Assembly: GCA_965203095.1 (NCBI GenBank)
Contig: OZ241877.1
Coordinates: 160,001 to 224,000, forward strand
Length of the DNA stretch: 64,000 bases
Direction of reading: 5' to 3'
Source of the DNA: Bdellovibrionales bacterium
GTDB lineage: Bacteria > Bdellovibrionota > Bdellovibrionia > Bdellovibrionales > UBA1609
Below are positions 1 to 11,631 of the stretch, one piece after another. A program made the translations under genes and the position numbers. The notes under the pieces are model-generated. The model saw only the letters and a list, made by a program, of their open reading frames with translations, did no database searches and was not told where the DNA came from. Positions within the stretch are counted from its first letter, which is position 1. Each line of letters begins with the position of its first letter.

Positions 1-2173
1 GACGGATCTGTGCTGTGGAACTTCTGGCCCCCGAGTCCGCCATAATAAAAATGGGATTAAAACTGGCCGCTGATATTTTTTTGTCGTTCACCTCAAAAGT
101 TTCTTTCTCTAAATAGTCCATCATTTCACTGGCCACTTTGTCGCCACAGTGAGTCCAGGTATCAATCACCTTATTGTATCTCTCCCCCTCAGTGATTAAA
201 CCCTCATCATATTGGTTGCGGATCTCATCGACTTGGGCACGGGCGGATTTTAGCAGTTCCTCTTTTCGGGAGGGGATCTGCAAGTCGTTAATACCGATAG
301 AAATCCCCGCTTCTGTAGAATATTTAAAACCCGCATTCATCAGTTTATCGGCTAAAATCACAGTTTTTTTACCTCCACATAAACGAAAAGTCTTATTGAT
401 CAGATCGGCTAAGGAGCTTTTGTTCATCACCCGGTTGTAATATTTAAAAGGGACTTCCTTAGGGACAATCGCACTGAGCAAAACCCGCCCTACGGAACTT
501 TCCTCTAATTTTCCAGCCACACGGCATTTGATGCCAGCTTGCAAATCTACTCTCCCTGTCTCAAAGGCGTAAATCAGCTCAGACACATTGGCAAAAACCT
601 TATCAGAACCTTTGGCCCCAGGCCGTATTCGGGTCATCCAATACACTCCAAGGACGACATCCTGAGTAGGGGCAATTATGGGCTGACCACTGGCAGGGCT
701 TAAAATATTATTTGTAGACATCATTAAAACACGAGCCTCTGTTTGAGCCTCTACAGAAAGGGGCAAGTGCACGGCCATTTGATCGCCGTCAAAATCCGCA
801 TTAAAGGCTGTGCAAACTAAAGGGTGAAGTTGGATGGCTCTTCCCTCATGCAACACCGGCTCAAAAGCCTGAATACCCAAACGATGCAAAGTGGGAGCAC
901 GGTTAAGTAAAACAGGGTGCTCTTTTACCACTTCAGATAAAATGCTCCAAACTTCGTCTGTTTTTTCCTCCACTAAAGCTCTCGCCTGTTTGACTGTCAG
1001 GGCCAAGCCTCTTCTTTCCAACTTATGGTATATAAAAGGCTTAAAAAGCTCTAAAGCCATAGTCTTAGGCAAACCGCATTCATGAAGACGCAAGTGAGGC
1101 CCCACAACAATTACCGATCGCCCGGAGTAATCTACCCTTTTCCCTAAAAGATTGGATCGAAAACGTCCTTGCTTCCCTTTTAAAACATCACTTAAAGAGC
1201 GAAGGGGTCTTTTATTGGGGCCAGTAAAAACCTTGCCCCCCCGACCGTTGTCTAAAAGGGCGTCCACAGCCTCTTGCAACATACGTTTTTCATTCCGAAT
1301 GATAATTTCCGGAGCATTCAATTCTTTAAGTTTTCTTAAACGGTTGTTCCGGTTGATCACACGGCGGTAAAGATCGTTGAGATCAGAAGTGGCAAAACGA
1401 CCCCCATCTAAAGGCACTAAAGGTCTTAAGTCCGGAGGGATTACAGGAAGAACCTCCAGAATCATCCATTCGGGTTTGTTGATGGATTTTTGGAGATCCT
1501 CCATCACTTTAATTCGCTTTCTCATTTTTTTAATTAAAGCTTCAGAAGAGCTTTCTTCTATATTTTTCCTCAATTTTTTTGTCATCCAATCCACATCAAC
1601 AGATTTAATCAGATTTCTAATAGCCGATCCTCCCATATCCACTGTGAAATGAGGGCCATACTCCTCTCTCGCCTTTTCATAATCATCTTCTGAAAGAAGT
1701 TGTCCTTTTTTTAAGCCTGTATCCATAGGGTCCATAACTAAATAATATTCGCAGTAAAGCACTTTTTGGACATCTTTGACGGACATGCCTAAAAAACTCC
1801 CTATTCGGCTGGAGGCCGTGCCAAGGAACCATATATGAGCCACTGGACTTGTCAGCTCAATATGCCCCATCCTCTCCCTTCGCACTTTAGAGCGAGTGAT
1901 CTCGGTCCCGCATTTTTCGCAAATCACAGCCCGATATTTCATCCCTTTGTATTTCCCGCAAAGGCATTCATAATCTTTGTTGGGTCCAAAAATTTTACAG
2001 CAAAAAAGACCTTCCCTTTCGGGCTTAAAAGTCCGGTAGTTGATAGTCTCTGGCTTTTTTACCTCCCCATAACTCCATTTTCGAATAAGCTCTGGAGAGG
2101 CTATAGATATTCTAATGGATTCTAAAGCTAAAGGATCTTTGGGCTTGTCAAAAAAATTTAAAAGATCTCTCAT
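1..2173 (-). CDS. rpoC: RNA polymerase beta' subunit, 5' part (runs off the window start)
   Basis: ATG at 2173-2171 overlaps the rpoB stop; reads [14 protein letters not shown]...; catalytic NADFDGD encoded near 780-810; lies directly downstream of rpoB. Confidence 0.97.
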   Translation of the reverse strand, partial: MRDLLNFFDKPKDPLALESIRISIASPELIRKWSYGEVKKPETINYRTFKPEREGLFCCKIFGPNKDYECLCGKYKGMKYRAVICEKCGTEITRSKVRRERMGHIELTSPVAHIWFLGTASSRIGSFLGMSVKDVQKVLYCEYYLVMDPMDTGLKKGQLLSEDDYEKAREEYGPHFTVDMGGSAIRNLIKSVDVDWMTKKLRKNIEESSSEALIKKMRKRIKVMEDLQKSINKPEWMILEVLPVIPPDLRPLVPLDGGRFATSDLNDLYRRVINRNNRLRKLKELNAPEIIIRNEKRMLQEAVDALLDNGRGGKVFTGPNKRPLRSLSDVLKGKQGRFRSNLLGKRVDYSGRSVIVVGPHLRLHECGLPKTMALELFKPFIYHKLERRGLALTVKQARALVEEKTDEVWSILSEVVKEHPVLLNRAPTLHRLGIQAFEPVLHEGRAIQLHPLVCTAFNADFDGDQMAVHLPLSVEAQTEARVLMMSTNNILSPASGQPIIAPTQDVVLGVYWMTRIRPGAKGSDKVFANVSELIYAFETGRVDLQAGIKCRVAGKLEESSVGRVLLSAIVPKEVPFKYYNRVMNKSSLADLINKTFRLCGGKKTVILADKLMNAGFKYSTEAGISIGINDLQIPSRKEELLKSARAQVDEIRNQYDEGLITEGERYNKVIDTWTHCGDKVASEMMDYLEKETFEVNDKKISAASFNPIFIMADSGARSSTAQIR

Positions 2174-5100
2174 TATTTTTTCTCCTTTTTCTTGTGGGGA
2201 TCATCTGTCAAAACATCCGATTCAAACATTTCTATATTTAAGCCTAAGCTTTTCATCTCGTTGACTAATACATTAAAAGACTCTGGGATTCCCGGCTCTA
2301 AAATATTTTCCCCTTTGACAATGCTCTCATACATACGCACTCGTCCGGCCATATCGTCTGATTTCACTGTCAAAAACTCCTGCAAACAGTAAGCCGCCCC
2401 ATAAGCCTCGATAGCCCAAACCTCCATTTCCCCCAATTTTTGCCCTCCAAATTGGGATTTTCCTCCCAGTGGTTGTTGAGAGACTAAAGAATAAGGGCCG
2501 ATGGATCGGGCGTGAATCTTCTCATCCACTAAGTGATGCAATTTTAAAACATACATTATTCCCACAGTGACTGGCATTTCAAAAGGCTCGCCAGTTCGCC
2601 CATCAAATAAAACTGTTTGGCCTGTCTCTGGGAGCCCAGCATGTTTTAAAGCCTCTTTAATGTCCTCCTCTCCAGCACCGTCAAAAACCGGTGTGGCCAC
2701 ATGGGCCCCCTCCCGTGCCTCTTCCAAAAGATTTTTGATAGAGTTCACAGAGGCGGAGTCAATCGCTTTGCCTATTTGAGAGTCATTAAAATAAACATTT
2801 TTTAAGGCTTTGCGAGCCTCTGCTTCTTTAAAATGATCAATATATTTTTGAAGTTGCTCTCCAAGGCTCACCGCCGCCCAACCTAAGTGGGTTTCTAAAA
2901 TTTGCCCAATATTCATACGAGAGGGCACCCCCAGAGGATTTAAAACCATATCCACTGGCCGGCCATCCGCCATATAGGGCATATCCTCCTCAGGAAGGAT
3001 TTTAGAGACAACCACTTTGTTCCCGTGGCGACCGGCAAACTTATCGCCCACCTCTACCTTTCTCTTCATAGCTACATAAACTTTAATTATTTTGACCACA
3101 CCAGGGAGAAGCTCATCTCCGGCATAAAGGCGATTGATCCTCTCTTTATATAGAGTTTCCAGTGCCTCGGACCGGTGCTGATAATCATCAATCAGTTGGC
3201 CCAATTCCCTGGACATGTCTTCTTTTTTTAAAGGGATATAGGGCAAAAGCTCAAAAGGTATCCGCTTAATGTCCTCTTCTGTAATCTGATGATCTTTTTG
3301 CAAAAGCTCCTTGGAACCGTCGTCGTTGAGGAGAATTTCTGCACTTTTTTCTCCCACAATCAGATCCTTAATTTGATCTAAGGTGTTGCTTTTGAGAGCA
3401 TTTTTTTGAATTTCCATGTCTTTTCTCAGGCGATTTTCTTTCCCCTTAATGATTTTTTCCAACCTTTGGCTTTTCTCAATGCCCTCTCTTGTGTAAATTT
3501 GTGTATCAATCACTGTTCCGGAAACACCGGAAGAGACCCTAAGGGAGCTATCCTTTACATCCCCAGCCTTTTCACCAAAGATGGCCAGCACTAACTTTTT
3601 TTCAGGAGAGATTTGATTTTCTGCCTTAGGTGTGACCCGGCCCACAAGAATATCCCCTGTCTTAACCTTAGCTCCTATTCGAACAATGCCGGAGGAGTCC
3701 AAATTTTTAAGAGCTGACTCCCCCACATTGGGAATGTCCGCTGTAATCTCCTCCCGACCCAACTTGGTGTCCCTGGCTAAACACTCAAACTCCTCAATAT
3801 GAACGGAGGTATAGACATCTTTTTTTATTAACTGCTCCGAAATCAATATGGAATCCTCAAAATTATAACCCGCCCAAGGAGTAAAAGCCACTAAAACATT
3901 TCTGCCCAAGGCCAATTCCCCTCGATCTGTGGCCAAGCCATCGGCTATAATGTCCCCCTTGCCCAACCGATCCCCTTTTTTAACTATGGGCTTTTGGTTA
4001 AAGCAGGTGTTTTGATTAGTCCTCTGATATTTGATCAGGTCATAAATATCCACACTGGCCCCCGTCTGACCTTTTTTATTTAACCGGCGAACCATAATCC
4101 TGCTGGCAGAAACATCCTCCACAACACCTGCAAACTTGCTCACTACACTATTGCCGGAGTCTTGTGCTACAAGCTTTTCCATACCTGTTCCCACAAGAGG
4201 AGCTTTAGATATCATTAAAGGGACCGCCTGCCTTTGCATATTGGATCCCATAAGAGCACGGTTCGCGTCGTCATGTTCTAAAAAGGGGATGAGAGCCGCG
4301 GCTATGGACACTAACTGGCCCGGAGAGACATCCATTAGATCCACATCGGATTTTCTCACCGATTTGTATTCGCCATTGATTCGAGCAGTGAGGAAGTTGC
4401 TCTTCTCAATCCCATCAAAGTTAAAACGAGCCTGACTAATGACATGGGACCGCTCCTCTAAAGCAGAAAAATATTTCACTTTGTTAGTGACAGAACCATT
4501 TTTTACTAAACGGTAAGGAGTTTCAATAAAGCCATTTTCATTTATGCGAGCATAAGTGGCCATAGAGGCAATAAGCCCAATGTTAGGCCCTTCAGGAGTT
4601 TCAATAGGGCAGATCCGCCCGTAGTGGGTGGGGTGCACATCACGCACCTCAAAACCCGCTCGCTCTCGGGTCAGCCCTCCTGGCCCAAAAGCAGAAAGCC
4701 TCCGCTTATGAGTGATCTCGGCTAAAGGATTGGTTTGATCCATAAACTGAGACAGCTGGCTGGATCCAAAAAACTCTTTGACAACGGAACTTACAGATTT
4801 GGCATTGATAAGATCTTGGGGCATCATAGTCTCTATATCTTGAAGGCTCATCCTCTCCCGGATCACCCGCTCCATACGCACTAAGCCCACTCGGTATTGA
4901 TTTTCTAAAAGCTCTCCCACAGATCGAACTCTCCTATTGCCCAAGTGATCAATATCGTCTACTTGACCTTTGCCATTTTTCAAATCAATCAAATGTTGCA
5001 AAACCTGGGAAATATCCCTTATAGTTAAAGCCCCTTGATCTTCTGGAATGTCTTTCCAACCAAAACGATGATTGATTTTGACTCGGCCCACTCGGCCCAA

Positions 5101-6348
5101 ACTGTAAGTCGAATCATTAAAAAACAAGTTTTCAAAATAATGTTTCGCGGCCTCTAAAACCAAAGGCTCACCGGGTTTCATCCGCCGGTAAATATCTAAA
5201 AGAGCCTCCTCTTGACTATGGACCGAATCCATCAAAAGAGTTTTAGACAAATAGGGGCCTGAGGCCAAACTTTCAAAAAAGATTATATCTATCTTTTTAA
5301 TTCCCAAAGAGATGGCTTGATTTACAGTTTCCATAGTGGGAGCTTGGTTGGACTCATAGAGAACTTCACCCGTTTGGGGATGAACAAGGGGCCGGGCCAA
5401 AACCCCACTTTCCAAATCCTCCTCTTCCAACTCCATTTCTTTTATGCCAGCTCCTTTAACTTTTCTCAAAACCGATCGAGTCAATCGCCTTCCCGCTCGG
5501 GCCAAAATATTCCCCTTTTTATCTTTAATGTCCCTTTGTGGGCTTTGCCCCTCCATCTGCTCAATGTCAAAAGTTCTGACAAGCTTTCCCTTTTTCAAAA
5601 ACAATTGATCGATATGGTGAAAGCTTTCCAATATGTCATCTTGGTTTAAACCCAAGGCTTTTAAGAAGATAGTCACCGGAAACTTCCTTTTCCGGTCAAT
5701 ACGGGCATTGACAATATCTTTTTGATCAAATTCAAAATCCAACCAAGAACCTCTATAAGGGATAAAACGGGCAGAATAAATGTATTTCCCACTGGTGCTA
5801 CTTTTCCCCCCATCGTGATCAAAAAAGACCCCCGGTGATCGGTGGATTTGAGAAACCACCACTCGCTCTGTCCCGTTAAAAATAAAGGAGGCATGATTGG
5901 TCATCAATGGAATGTCACTCAAATACACCTCCTGCTCTTTAACATCGCGGATGGCTCGCTTTTTTCCCTCTTCTTTGGGTTCAAAAATGATAAGCCGAAA
6001 GGTGACCCTCAAAGGAGAAGCATAAGTCATCCCTCTTTTTTGCAGGCATTCCCGAACATCATACTTAGGATGAGACAAACTATAATGCACAAACTCCAAA
6101 CTGACCGTGTTGTTGTAATCCGAAACGGGAAAAACAGACTTAAAAATGGCTTGCAGACCAATGTTTTTTCGCTTTTCCGGAGGAACATCCTTTTGCAAAA
6201 ACTTTTTATAAGAGTGGCTTTGCAGATGAATCAGATTGGGAACATCTACAAATTTTCTCGTAGAGCCAAAGCTCTTTCGAAAACGCAGATGAGATCCAGT
6301 GAGAAAGCGTTTTTTCATTCCTTTAGAACCAGGATTAGCTTTTTTCAA
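2173..6348 (-). CDS. rpoB: RNA polymerase beta subunit (start may be ATG at 6318)
   Basis: 1391 aa with [43 protein letters not shown] and GEMEVWA motifs. Confidence 0.99.
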   Translation of the reverse strand: MKKANPGSKGMKKRFLTGSHLRFRKSFGSTRKFVDVPNLIHLQSHSYKKFLQKDVPPEKRKNIGLQAIFKSVFPVSDYNNTVSLEFVHYSLSHPKYDVRECLQKRGMTYASPLRVTFRLIIFEPKEEGKKRAIRDVKEQEVYLSDIPLMTNHASFIFNGTERVVVSQIHRSPGVFFDHDGGKSSTSGKYIYSARFIPYRGSWLDFEFDQKDIVNARIDRKRKFPVTIFLKALGLNQDDILESFHHIDQLFLKKGKLVRTFDIEQMEGQSPQRDIKDKKGNILARAGRRLTRSVLRKVKGAGIKEMELEEEDLESGVLARPLVHPQTGEVLYESNQAPTMETVNQAISLGIKKIDIIFFESLASGPYLSKTLLMDSVHSQEEALLDIYRRMKPGEPLVLEAAKHYFENLFFNDSTYSLGRVGRVKINHRFGWKDIPEDQGALTIRDISQVLQHLIDLKNGKGQVDDIDHLGNRRVRSVGELLENQYRVGLVRMERVIRERMSLQDIETMMPQDLINAKSVSSVVKEFFGSSQLSQFMDQTNPLAEITHKRRLSAFGPGGLTRERAGFEVRDVHPTHYGRICPIETPEGPNIGLIASMATYARINENGFIETPYRLVKNGSVTNKVKYFSALEERSHVISQARFNFDGIEKSNFLTARINGEYKSVRKSDVDLMDVSPGQLVSIAAALIPFLEHDDANRALMGSNMQRQAVPLMISKAPLVGTGMEKLVAQDSGNSVVSKFAGVVEDVSASRIMVRRLNKKGQTGASVDIYDLIKYQRTNQNTCFNQKPIVKKGDRLGKGDIIADGLATDRGELALGRNVLVAFTPWAGYNFEDSILISEQLIKKDVYTSVHIEEFECLARDTKLGREEITADIPNVGESALKNLDSSGIVRIGAKVKTGDILVGRVTPKAENQISPEKKLVLAIFGEKAGDVKDSSLRVSSGVSGTVIDTQIYTREGIEKSQRLEKIIKGKENRLRKDMEIQKNALKSNTLDQIKDLIVGEKSAEILLNDDGSKELLQKDHQITEEDIKRIPFELLPYIPLKKEDMSRELGQLIDDYQHRSEALETLYKERINRLYAGDELLPGVVKIIKVYVAMKRKVEVGDKFAGRHGNKVVVSKILPEEDMPYMADGRPVDMVLNPLGVPSRMNIGQILETHLGWAAVSLGEQLQKYIDHFKEAEARKALKNVYFNDSQIGKAIDSASVNSIKNLLEEAREGAHVATPVFDGAGEEDIKEALKHAGLPETGQTVLFDGRTGEPFEMPVTVGIMYVLKLHHLVDEKIHARSIGPYSLVSQQPLGGKSQFGGQKLGEMEVWAIEAYGAAYCLQEFLTVKSDDMAGRVRMYESIVKGENILEPGIPESFNVLVNEMKSLGLNIEMFESDVLTDDPHKKKEKK

Positions 6349-6436
6349 TAGTGCCTTTGGCTGAAATATTCAGCTCCGCTAAAAAACTCCGGCTTAAAAA
6401 AACCAAAGAGAGATGAAAACCACATTTTTTGGAAGT

Positions 6437-6811
6437 TTATTTAATTTCCACTTTGGCTCCTGACTTTTCCAAAGTGGCCTTTATCTTTTCTGCCTCTTCC
6501 TTAGGCAAAGCTTTTTTAATGGGCTTAGGGGCACTTTCCACCAATTCTTTTGCCTCTTTTAAACCCAAACCCGTCACTGATCGAACCTCTTTAATTACCG
6601 CGATTTTATTAGAACCAAAACTGACCAAAGTCACATCAAACTCTGTTTTTTCCTCAACTGTGGCCTCCGCAGAAGGGCCAGCCACCGGTGAAACAGGAAC
6701 AGATGAGGAGACACCCCATTTTTCCTCCAAATCTTTGATGAGGCCCGCCAGCTCTATCACCGGCATCTTAGAAAGGTATTCCATTACCTGCTCTTTATTG
6801 ATTTGCGACAT
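6437..6811 (-). CDS. rplL: 50S ribosomal protein L7/L12
   Basis: EEKTEFDV...[22 protein letters not shown]...GAKVEIK. Confidence 0.98.
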   Translation of the reverse strand: MSQINKEQVMEYLSKMPVIELAGLIKDLEEKWGVSSSVPVSPVAGPSAEATVEEKTEFDVTLVSFGSNKIAVIKEVRSVTGLGLKEAKELVESAPKPIKKALPKEEAEKIKATLEKSGAKVEIK

Positions 6812-6971
6812 TGTCCCCTCCTCAAAGTCTTGTTTTTAAACTATATCTTGTGACTTTTACCATAAAAGATAATAAAATCAAACATAAAAAAGCATTTTTT
6901 TTAAATATTTCCGGATTAAATTTCCGGCTTAAGCCTTAGAAAGCCCGGATGGCAAAAAAAGGCTTTCCCCA

Positions 6972-7496
6972 TCAAGCTTTCTCTCCTTTTTTGGCCGATA
7001 AGAGCCGGACAAAGCCCCCCGGAACCTCTTGAACTGTAAATAAAAATCGAGACAAAGGGGAAGCCAAAGTTCTCAAAAAAGAAGATCTCAAAACCTCAAT
7101 CGAAGGGAGCTTAGCTAAAGTTTTCACTTCTGCAGGGCTGAGTGCTGAGCCATCTAAAACCGCACTTTTGATTTGAAAGGCCGGATAATCTTCAGAAAAC
7201 TGATCAATGAGCTTGGCCACTTGAGCTGGATCTTCGAAAGCCAAAACAAAACTATTAGGCCCTTCCATAAAAGGGGTATAAGTTTTTTTTAAAATTTCAC
7301 TCCCCGACATGGCCAGTAGGGAAAGAGAGTTTCGTATCACTTGAAGATCCCCTTGGCTTTTTTTTAAGCTCTTCCTCAATTCTGTGATTTGCTGGACTTC
7401 CAAGCCAATGCAATTCACCAAAAAGGAAGCTTTGGCACGAGAAAAATGAGTTTTTAGCCTTTCCACCTGGGCCTTTTTTTTAGCAAGATTCAACAT
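6972..7496 (-). CDS. rplJ: 50S ribosomal protein L10
   Basis: ITELRKSL, VIRNSL, LAKLPS motifs; lies between rplA and rplL; ATG 7496 chosen as start. Confidence 0.93.
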   Translation of the reverse strand: MLNLAKKKAQVERLKTHFSRAKASFLVNCIGLEVQQITELRKSLKKSQGDLQVIRNSLSLLAMSGSEILKKTYTPFMEGPNSFVLAFEDPAQVAKLIDQFSEDYPAFQIKSAVLDGSALSPAEVKTLAKLPSIEVLRSSFLRTLASPLSRFLFTVQEVPGGFVRLLSAKKGEKA

Positions 7497-7497
7497 T

Positions 7498-8193
7498 TTA
7501 AATGGCCTCCTGCTCTGTTTGAGAGGACTTGACACGAAGGCCAGGGCTCATGGTGGAAGAAAGGGAAATGGACTTCAAATAAAGCCCTTTGCTGGATTTG
7601 GGCTTGAGCTTAATCAGCTCCCCCATTAAGGCGAGATAGTTTTGTTTTAGCTTTTCAAAACCCATGGATTTTTTGCCAAAAGAGCTTTGGAGAATGCCAT
7701 TCTTATCCGAACGAAAAATAGCCTTCCCTCTTTTTTCATCCTGAACTGCTGGCCCTATCCGGACAGTGACTGAGCCTGTTTTAGGAGAGGGCATCAAGGC
7801 CTTAGGCCCTAAAATTTTAGCCACTGAGGCCACAATGGGCATCATGTCCGGCAAGGCCAAAACACGATCAAAAGCCAACCAGCCCGATTTGATTTTTTTC
7901 ACCATATCCTCCGCACCCACAAAATCGGCTCCCGCCTTCCGGGCCTCTTCCTCTTTTTCCCCTTTGGCAAAAACCAAAACCTTAACTGTTCGGCCCAAAC
8001 CTTGTGGTAAAATCACAGCCCCTCGGACCTGCTCCTCTGGTTTTTTAGGATCAATGCCCAACCGGACAGCAACATCCATGGACTCATCAAAAGAGGCACT
8101 ATTCCAATCCAAAATCAGTTGGAGGGCCTGATCAATGTCATAAATTTGATCTTTTATTTCACTTAAATTTTTTTTATATCTTTTTCCTGCCAT
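7498..8193 (-). CDS. rplA: 50S ribosomal protein L1
   Basis: FDESMDVAVRLGIDP, QVRGAVILPQGLG, GADFVG, LSSTMSPG. Confidence 0.97.
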   Translation of the reverse strand: MAGKRYKKNLSEIKDQIYDIDQALQLILDWNSASFDESMDVAVRLGIDPKKPEEQVRGAVILPQGLGRTVKVLVFAKGEKEEEARKAGADFVGAEDMVKKIKSGWLAFDRVLALPDMMPIVASVAKILGPKALMPSPKTGSVTVRIGPAVQDEKRGKAIFRSDKNGILQSSFGKKSMGFEKLKQNYLALMGELIKLKPKSSKGLYLKSISLSSTMSPGLRVKSSQTEQEAI

Positions 8194-8235
8194 TTTTCCT
8201 CCCAATCCAAAATGTTCTCTTTTCCTGAAAAGGCT

Positions 8236-8670
8236 TTATTTTTTAGCCTCCGCAATCTCTAAACCCATACTGCGGGCTGTCCCACGAACTTGAGCCTTAG
8301 CCGACTCTAAACTCAAACAGTTCAGATCGGGCAGTTTGAGTTTAGCAATCTCCTCAATTTGAGCGGGGAGGATTTCTCCCACTTTGTCTTTTTGAGGCAT
8401 TTTAGAACCACTTTTTAAGTTTAAAAGCTTTTTTAAAAGGATAGAGACCGGTGGCGTTTTTGTGATAAAAGAAAAAGACCGATCTGTATAAACAGTGATG
8501 ATCACAGGGACCACAGTATCCCCCAGCTTTTGTGTTTTGGCATTAAACTGCTTGCAAAAATCCATAATGTTCAGGCCATGTTGGCCTAAAGCAGGACCTA
8601 CTGGAGGGGAGGGATTAGCCTTCCCGGCAGGAATTTGAAGTTTAATATAAGCTTGGATCTTTTTAGCCAC
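8236..8670 (-). CDS. rplK: 50S ribosomal protein L11 (GTG start)
   Basis: [36 protein letters not shown]. Confidence 0.99.
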   Translation of the reverse strand: MAKKIQAYIKLQIPAGKANPSPPVGPALGQHGLNIMDFCKQFNAKTQKLGDTVVPVIITVYTDRSFSFITKTPPVSILLKKLLNLKSGSKMPQKDKVGEILPAQIEEIAKLKLPDLNCLSLESAKAQVRGTARSMGLEIAEAKK

Positions 8671-9052
8671 TTTTATCTCCTTTTTTAATAGGAGGATCTT
8701 CCACTAATTCACAACCTATTATATAATATTGAAATAAAGACAACAGGCCACTGAGAATACAACACATTATAACAAGTGACAATATATATCCATAGCCATA
8801 AGCCCAAAACCTAAAAAAAGAGTTCTCATTTCTGACCCCAAAATTAAAAAACAACAAATAAAGACATATTACAGAGATGAAAGATACTGCCATAAAGATT
8901 TGCTTTTTTTTAGGGCTCTCTCTCAGCCCTTTGAATCTCAAAAAAACAGGACAGGACTTGCATTTATACTCGTATCGCCTCAACATGAAAAACCATTTCC
9001 AAAAAGAAATAGAGCTTTTTTGACAAGATGGGCATTTCATTACATTATTCAT
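8663..9052 (-). CDS. hypothetical membrane protein with N-terminal CxxC..CxxC motif, inserted between nusG and rplK
   Basis: 129 aa; CPSC...CKSC followed by hydrophobic helices; abuts the nusG stop and overlaps the rplK start. Confidence 0.7.
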   Translation of the reverse strand: MNNVMKCPSCQKSSISFWKWFFMLRRYEYKCKSCPVFLRFKGLRESPKKKQIFMAVSFISVICLYLLFFNFGVRNENSFFRFWAYGYGYILSLVIMCCILSGLLSLFQYYIIGCELVEDPPIKKGDKSG

Positions 9053-9592
9053 TTAACTCTCCCTATGAACCTCAGCAAAGTCAAACTCCACAGGAGTAGG
9101 ACGACCAAAAATACTCACGGAAACTTTTACACGGCCCTTCTCCTGATTCACTTCCTCCACGGTGCCATTAAAGTTTTTAAAAGGGCCATCAATCACCAAA
9201 ACAGCCTCTCCAGTAGAAAAGGATATCTGGGCCTGCGGGCGGGTAGAGCTTTCCTCCATTTTCTGCTCAATGACATTTAACTGCTCTTCAGGCACTTCCA
9301 TAGGCTTAAAACGAGCCCCAACAAAATGACTGATATTAGATACATTTTTAATAACATGGGATAACTGCTCACTCAACTTCAGCTGGATAAAAATATAGCC
9401 GGGATAGATCTTTTTTGCCCGAGTCACTTTTTTACCCTTCACTATCTGAATCACATCTTTTTGAGGGATAAGCACTTCGCCAATTTGGCTTTTAAGCTCT
9501 TTTCTCCTCTCCAATAACTCTTCAATCATTTTTTTAGCCCTCCCCTCACAACTGGTTTTCGTTTTTAAAATATACCATTTAAGATCTGGCAT
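9053..9592 (-). CDS. nusG: transcription termination/antitermination factor NusG
   Basis: KWYILKT, KIYPGYIFI, KOW motif GEAVLVIDGPFKNFNGTVEEV, SIFGRPTPVE. Confidence 0.98.
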   Translation of the reverse strand: MPDLKWYILKTKTSCEGRAKKMIEELLERRKELKSQIGEVLIPQKDVIQIVKGKKVTRAKKIYPGYIFIQLKLSEQLSHVIKNVSNISHFVGARFKPMEVPEEQLNVIEQKMEESSTRPQAQISFSTGEAVLVIDGPFKNFNGTVEEVNQEKGRVKVSVSIFGRPTPVEFDFAEVHRES

Positions 9593-9611
9593 TGTAGCCT
9601 CCTCAAAAAAA

Positions 9612-9992
9612 TCAATCCATAAAAAAACGAATACTGGAACCGGCCACTAAATCAAAAAGACCCAAAACCAGGCCGGAAACAATCAATATTACACAAACTA
9701 AAATAGTCATAGAGTAAAGCTCTTTTTTACCCGCCCAAACCACTTTTCGCACCTCTGTGACGACCTCATCAGCCAGCTTTTGATAAGGTTTATTCAGCTG
9801 AAAAACAGAAAAAGCCAACAGGCCAAAAAACAAAGGCACGCCATGGCGAAAAATGTCTTTACTGTAAAAATTGGCAAAAAAGCCAAAGGCTACAGAGAGA
9901 GTTTCAAAAATCACCCTGGCCACAAAAGCTGTCAAAAACGACAGCAAAATAAAGCTGACTGTGACAATTTTTACATTTTCCGACTTAACCAA
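9612..9992 (-). CDS. secE: preprotein translocase subunit SecE
   Basis: three TM segments, EVRKVVW motif, upstream of nusG. Confidence 0.9.
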   Translation of the reverse strand: MVKSENVKIVTVSFILLSFLTAFVARVIFETLSVAFGFFANFYSKDIFRHGVPLFFGLLAFSVFQLNKPYQKLADEVVTEVRKVVWAGKKELYSMTILVCVILIVSGLVLGLFDLVAGSSIRFFMD

Positions 9993-10301
9993 AACAAACC
10001 CCTCGTGCTTTATCCAGTGCTTATATTAAAGTTTTTTTATAAAATCAACAGAAAGTTTAAGGCCCAGCCATTCTTGACCGAGAACCGGGACTCTATTACA
10101 TCACCCTGCAAATCACAAAACTTAACATATAGCGTCAAAAACCTCAAAGCCTATTTTTTTCAACCTAAAGTTTTTTTGAGCTTTTTACCCGCTATAGTGC
10201 CGGAATACGGATTTCTTGCCAGTTGGGTTTTTTTAAGGCTAAAAAAGCTGGAAAAAACTTTTGCCCTGCCATAAAATCAGCCCCAATCCAATAAGGTTTT
10301 T

Positions 10302-11582
10302 ATGCTCACAAAAAAAATAAGAGAAAAAGCCGGCCCCACTGCCCAAGCCTTTTTGTATTGGGGGCAAAAAGGCTCTATCCATCAAAAGGAGGTGAATGGT
10401 TTTTTGAGCATTGGAAGGGAAAACCAAAACCTTTTGATTCTCAATGACGGTTTTGTCTCCCGCCACCATGCCCGGATTGAAAAACGAGAGAGCCAAGGAA
10501 TGTATTTCTTGAAAGATATGAATAGCCAAAATGGGGTTTTTCTCAATGGTTCTCGTGTAAAAGAGGCTATCCTGAACCACAATGACAATATTCAAATTGG
10601 GAAAACCCTGTTCACCTTTTCCTGTGAGAGATACAACTATAAACAAAAAATGATATCTCAAAGCCAGAACTCCAAATGGAATGAAATTTTAAGCCGGATC
10701 CCTCATATTTCCCTCAGCTCAGCCCCTATCCTGATATTGGGCCCTTCAGGAAGTGGAAAAGAGTTGATAGCCCAGAAGATTCACAACTGCTCTAAGCGGA
10801 ACAAGGGGCCTTTAGTTAGTATCAACTGCGGTGCTTTAACTGAAAGCCTTATAGAGAGTGAGCTTTTTGGGCATAAAAAAGGGAGTTATACCGGTTCCAT
10901 GGATCATCGGAAGGGGGCTTTTTTAACGGCCTCTAACGGTAGCCTCTTTATGGACGAGATTGGGGATCTCCCCTTACAACAACAAGCCAAACTCCTAAGA
11001 GCTATTGAATATAAAGAAATTAAACCTTTAGGAAGTGATTTGCCCTTAAAAACAGATGTGCGAATCATCTCAGCCACACATCAGGATTTAAAATCTCGAA
11101 TAGAAAGGCAAGAATTTAGAAAAGATCTCTATTTCCGGTTAAATGTAATCAGCATTACTGTTCCTGCATTGAAGGACAGAATGGAGGATTTTGAACCTCT
11201 ATTCCGATATTTTTGTTTGATTTATGGAGTCACCTTTTCCTCTCAAGCTCTTGCACTCTTTAAAAATTACCATTGGCCGGGGAATATTAGAGAGCTTAAA
11301 AACACTGTGGAGAGGGCTAAGGCTTTGTTTGCAGGTGAGATTTTAGATAAAGAAAAGGCTTTAAGCCTTATAGACAACTTAGAGGAAGATAACAAAAAAA
11401 GGCGAGAACCCCTTTGGCTTTTAGAAAAAAAGACTATCACCAGAGCCTTATCCCTTTACCGGGGCAATCAAACCAAAGCTTCTCAGTTTTTAGACATCCC
11501 CCGAAGTTCTCTTAACGACAAAATCAAGGTTTACCAAATTAAAGTCTCTCAGTTTAAAAAGAGCAAAGCCAAAAAAACATAG
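10302..11582 (+). CDS. FHA-domain sigma54-dependent transcriptional activator (Fis-type HTH)
   Basis: FHA (IGR..VSRHHA..NGVFLNG), Walker A GPSGSGKE, ESELFGHKKGSYTGS, FMDEIG, WPGNIREL, C-terminal HTH. Confidence 0.93.
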   Translation: MLTKKIREKAGPTAQAFLYWGQKGSIHQKEVNGFLSIGRENQNLLILNDGFVSRHHARIEKRESQGMYFLKDMNSQNGVFLNGSRVKEAILNHNDNIQIGKTLFTFSCERYNYKQKMISQSQNSKWNEILSRIPHISLSSAPILILGPSGSGKELIAQKIHNCSKRNKGPLVSINCGALTESLIESELFGHKKGSYTGSMDHRKGAFLTASNGSLFMDEIGDLPLQQQAKLLRAIEYKEIKPLGSDLPLKTDVRIISATHQDLKSRIERQEFRKDLYFRLNVISITVPALKDRMEDFEPLFRYFCLIYGVTFSSQALALFKNYHWPGNIRELKNTVERAKALFAGEILDKEKALSLIDNLEEDNKKRREPLWLLEKKTITRALSLYRGNQTKASQFLDIPRSSLNDKIKVYQIKVSQFKKSKAKKT

Positions 11583-11631
11583 AGGAAACTCAGTAATCAC
11601 CCCTGCAAAAACTTACGGATTTACATTGGAT

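Noticed and set aside
174..6839. Plus-strand ORFs over rpoC/rpoB/rplL
   Set aside because: Antisense shadows of conserved genes
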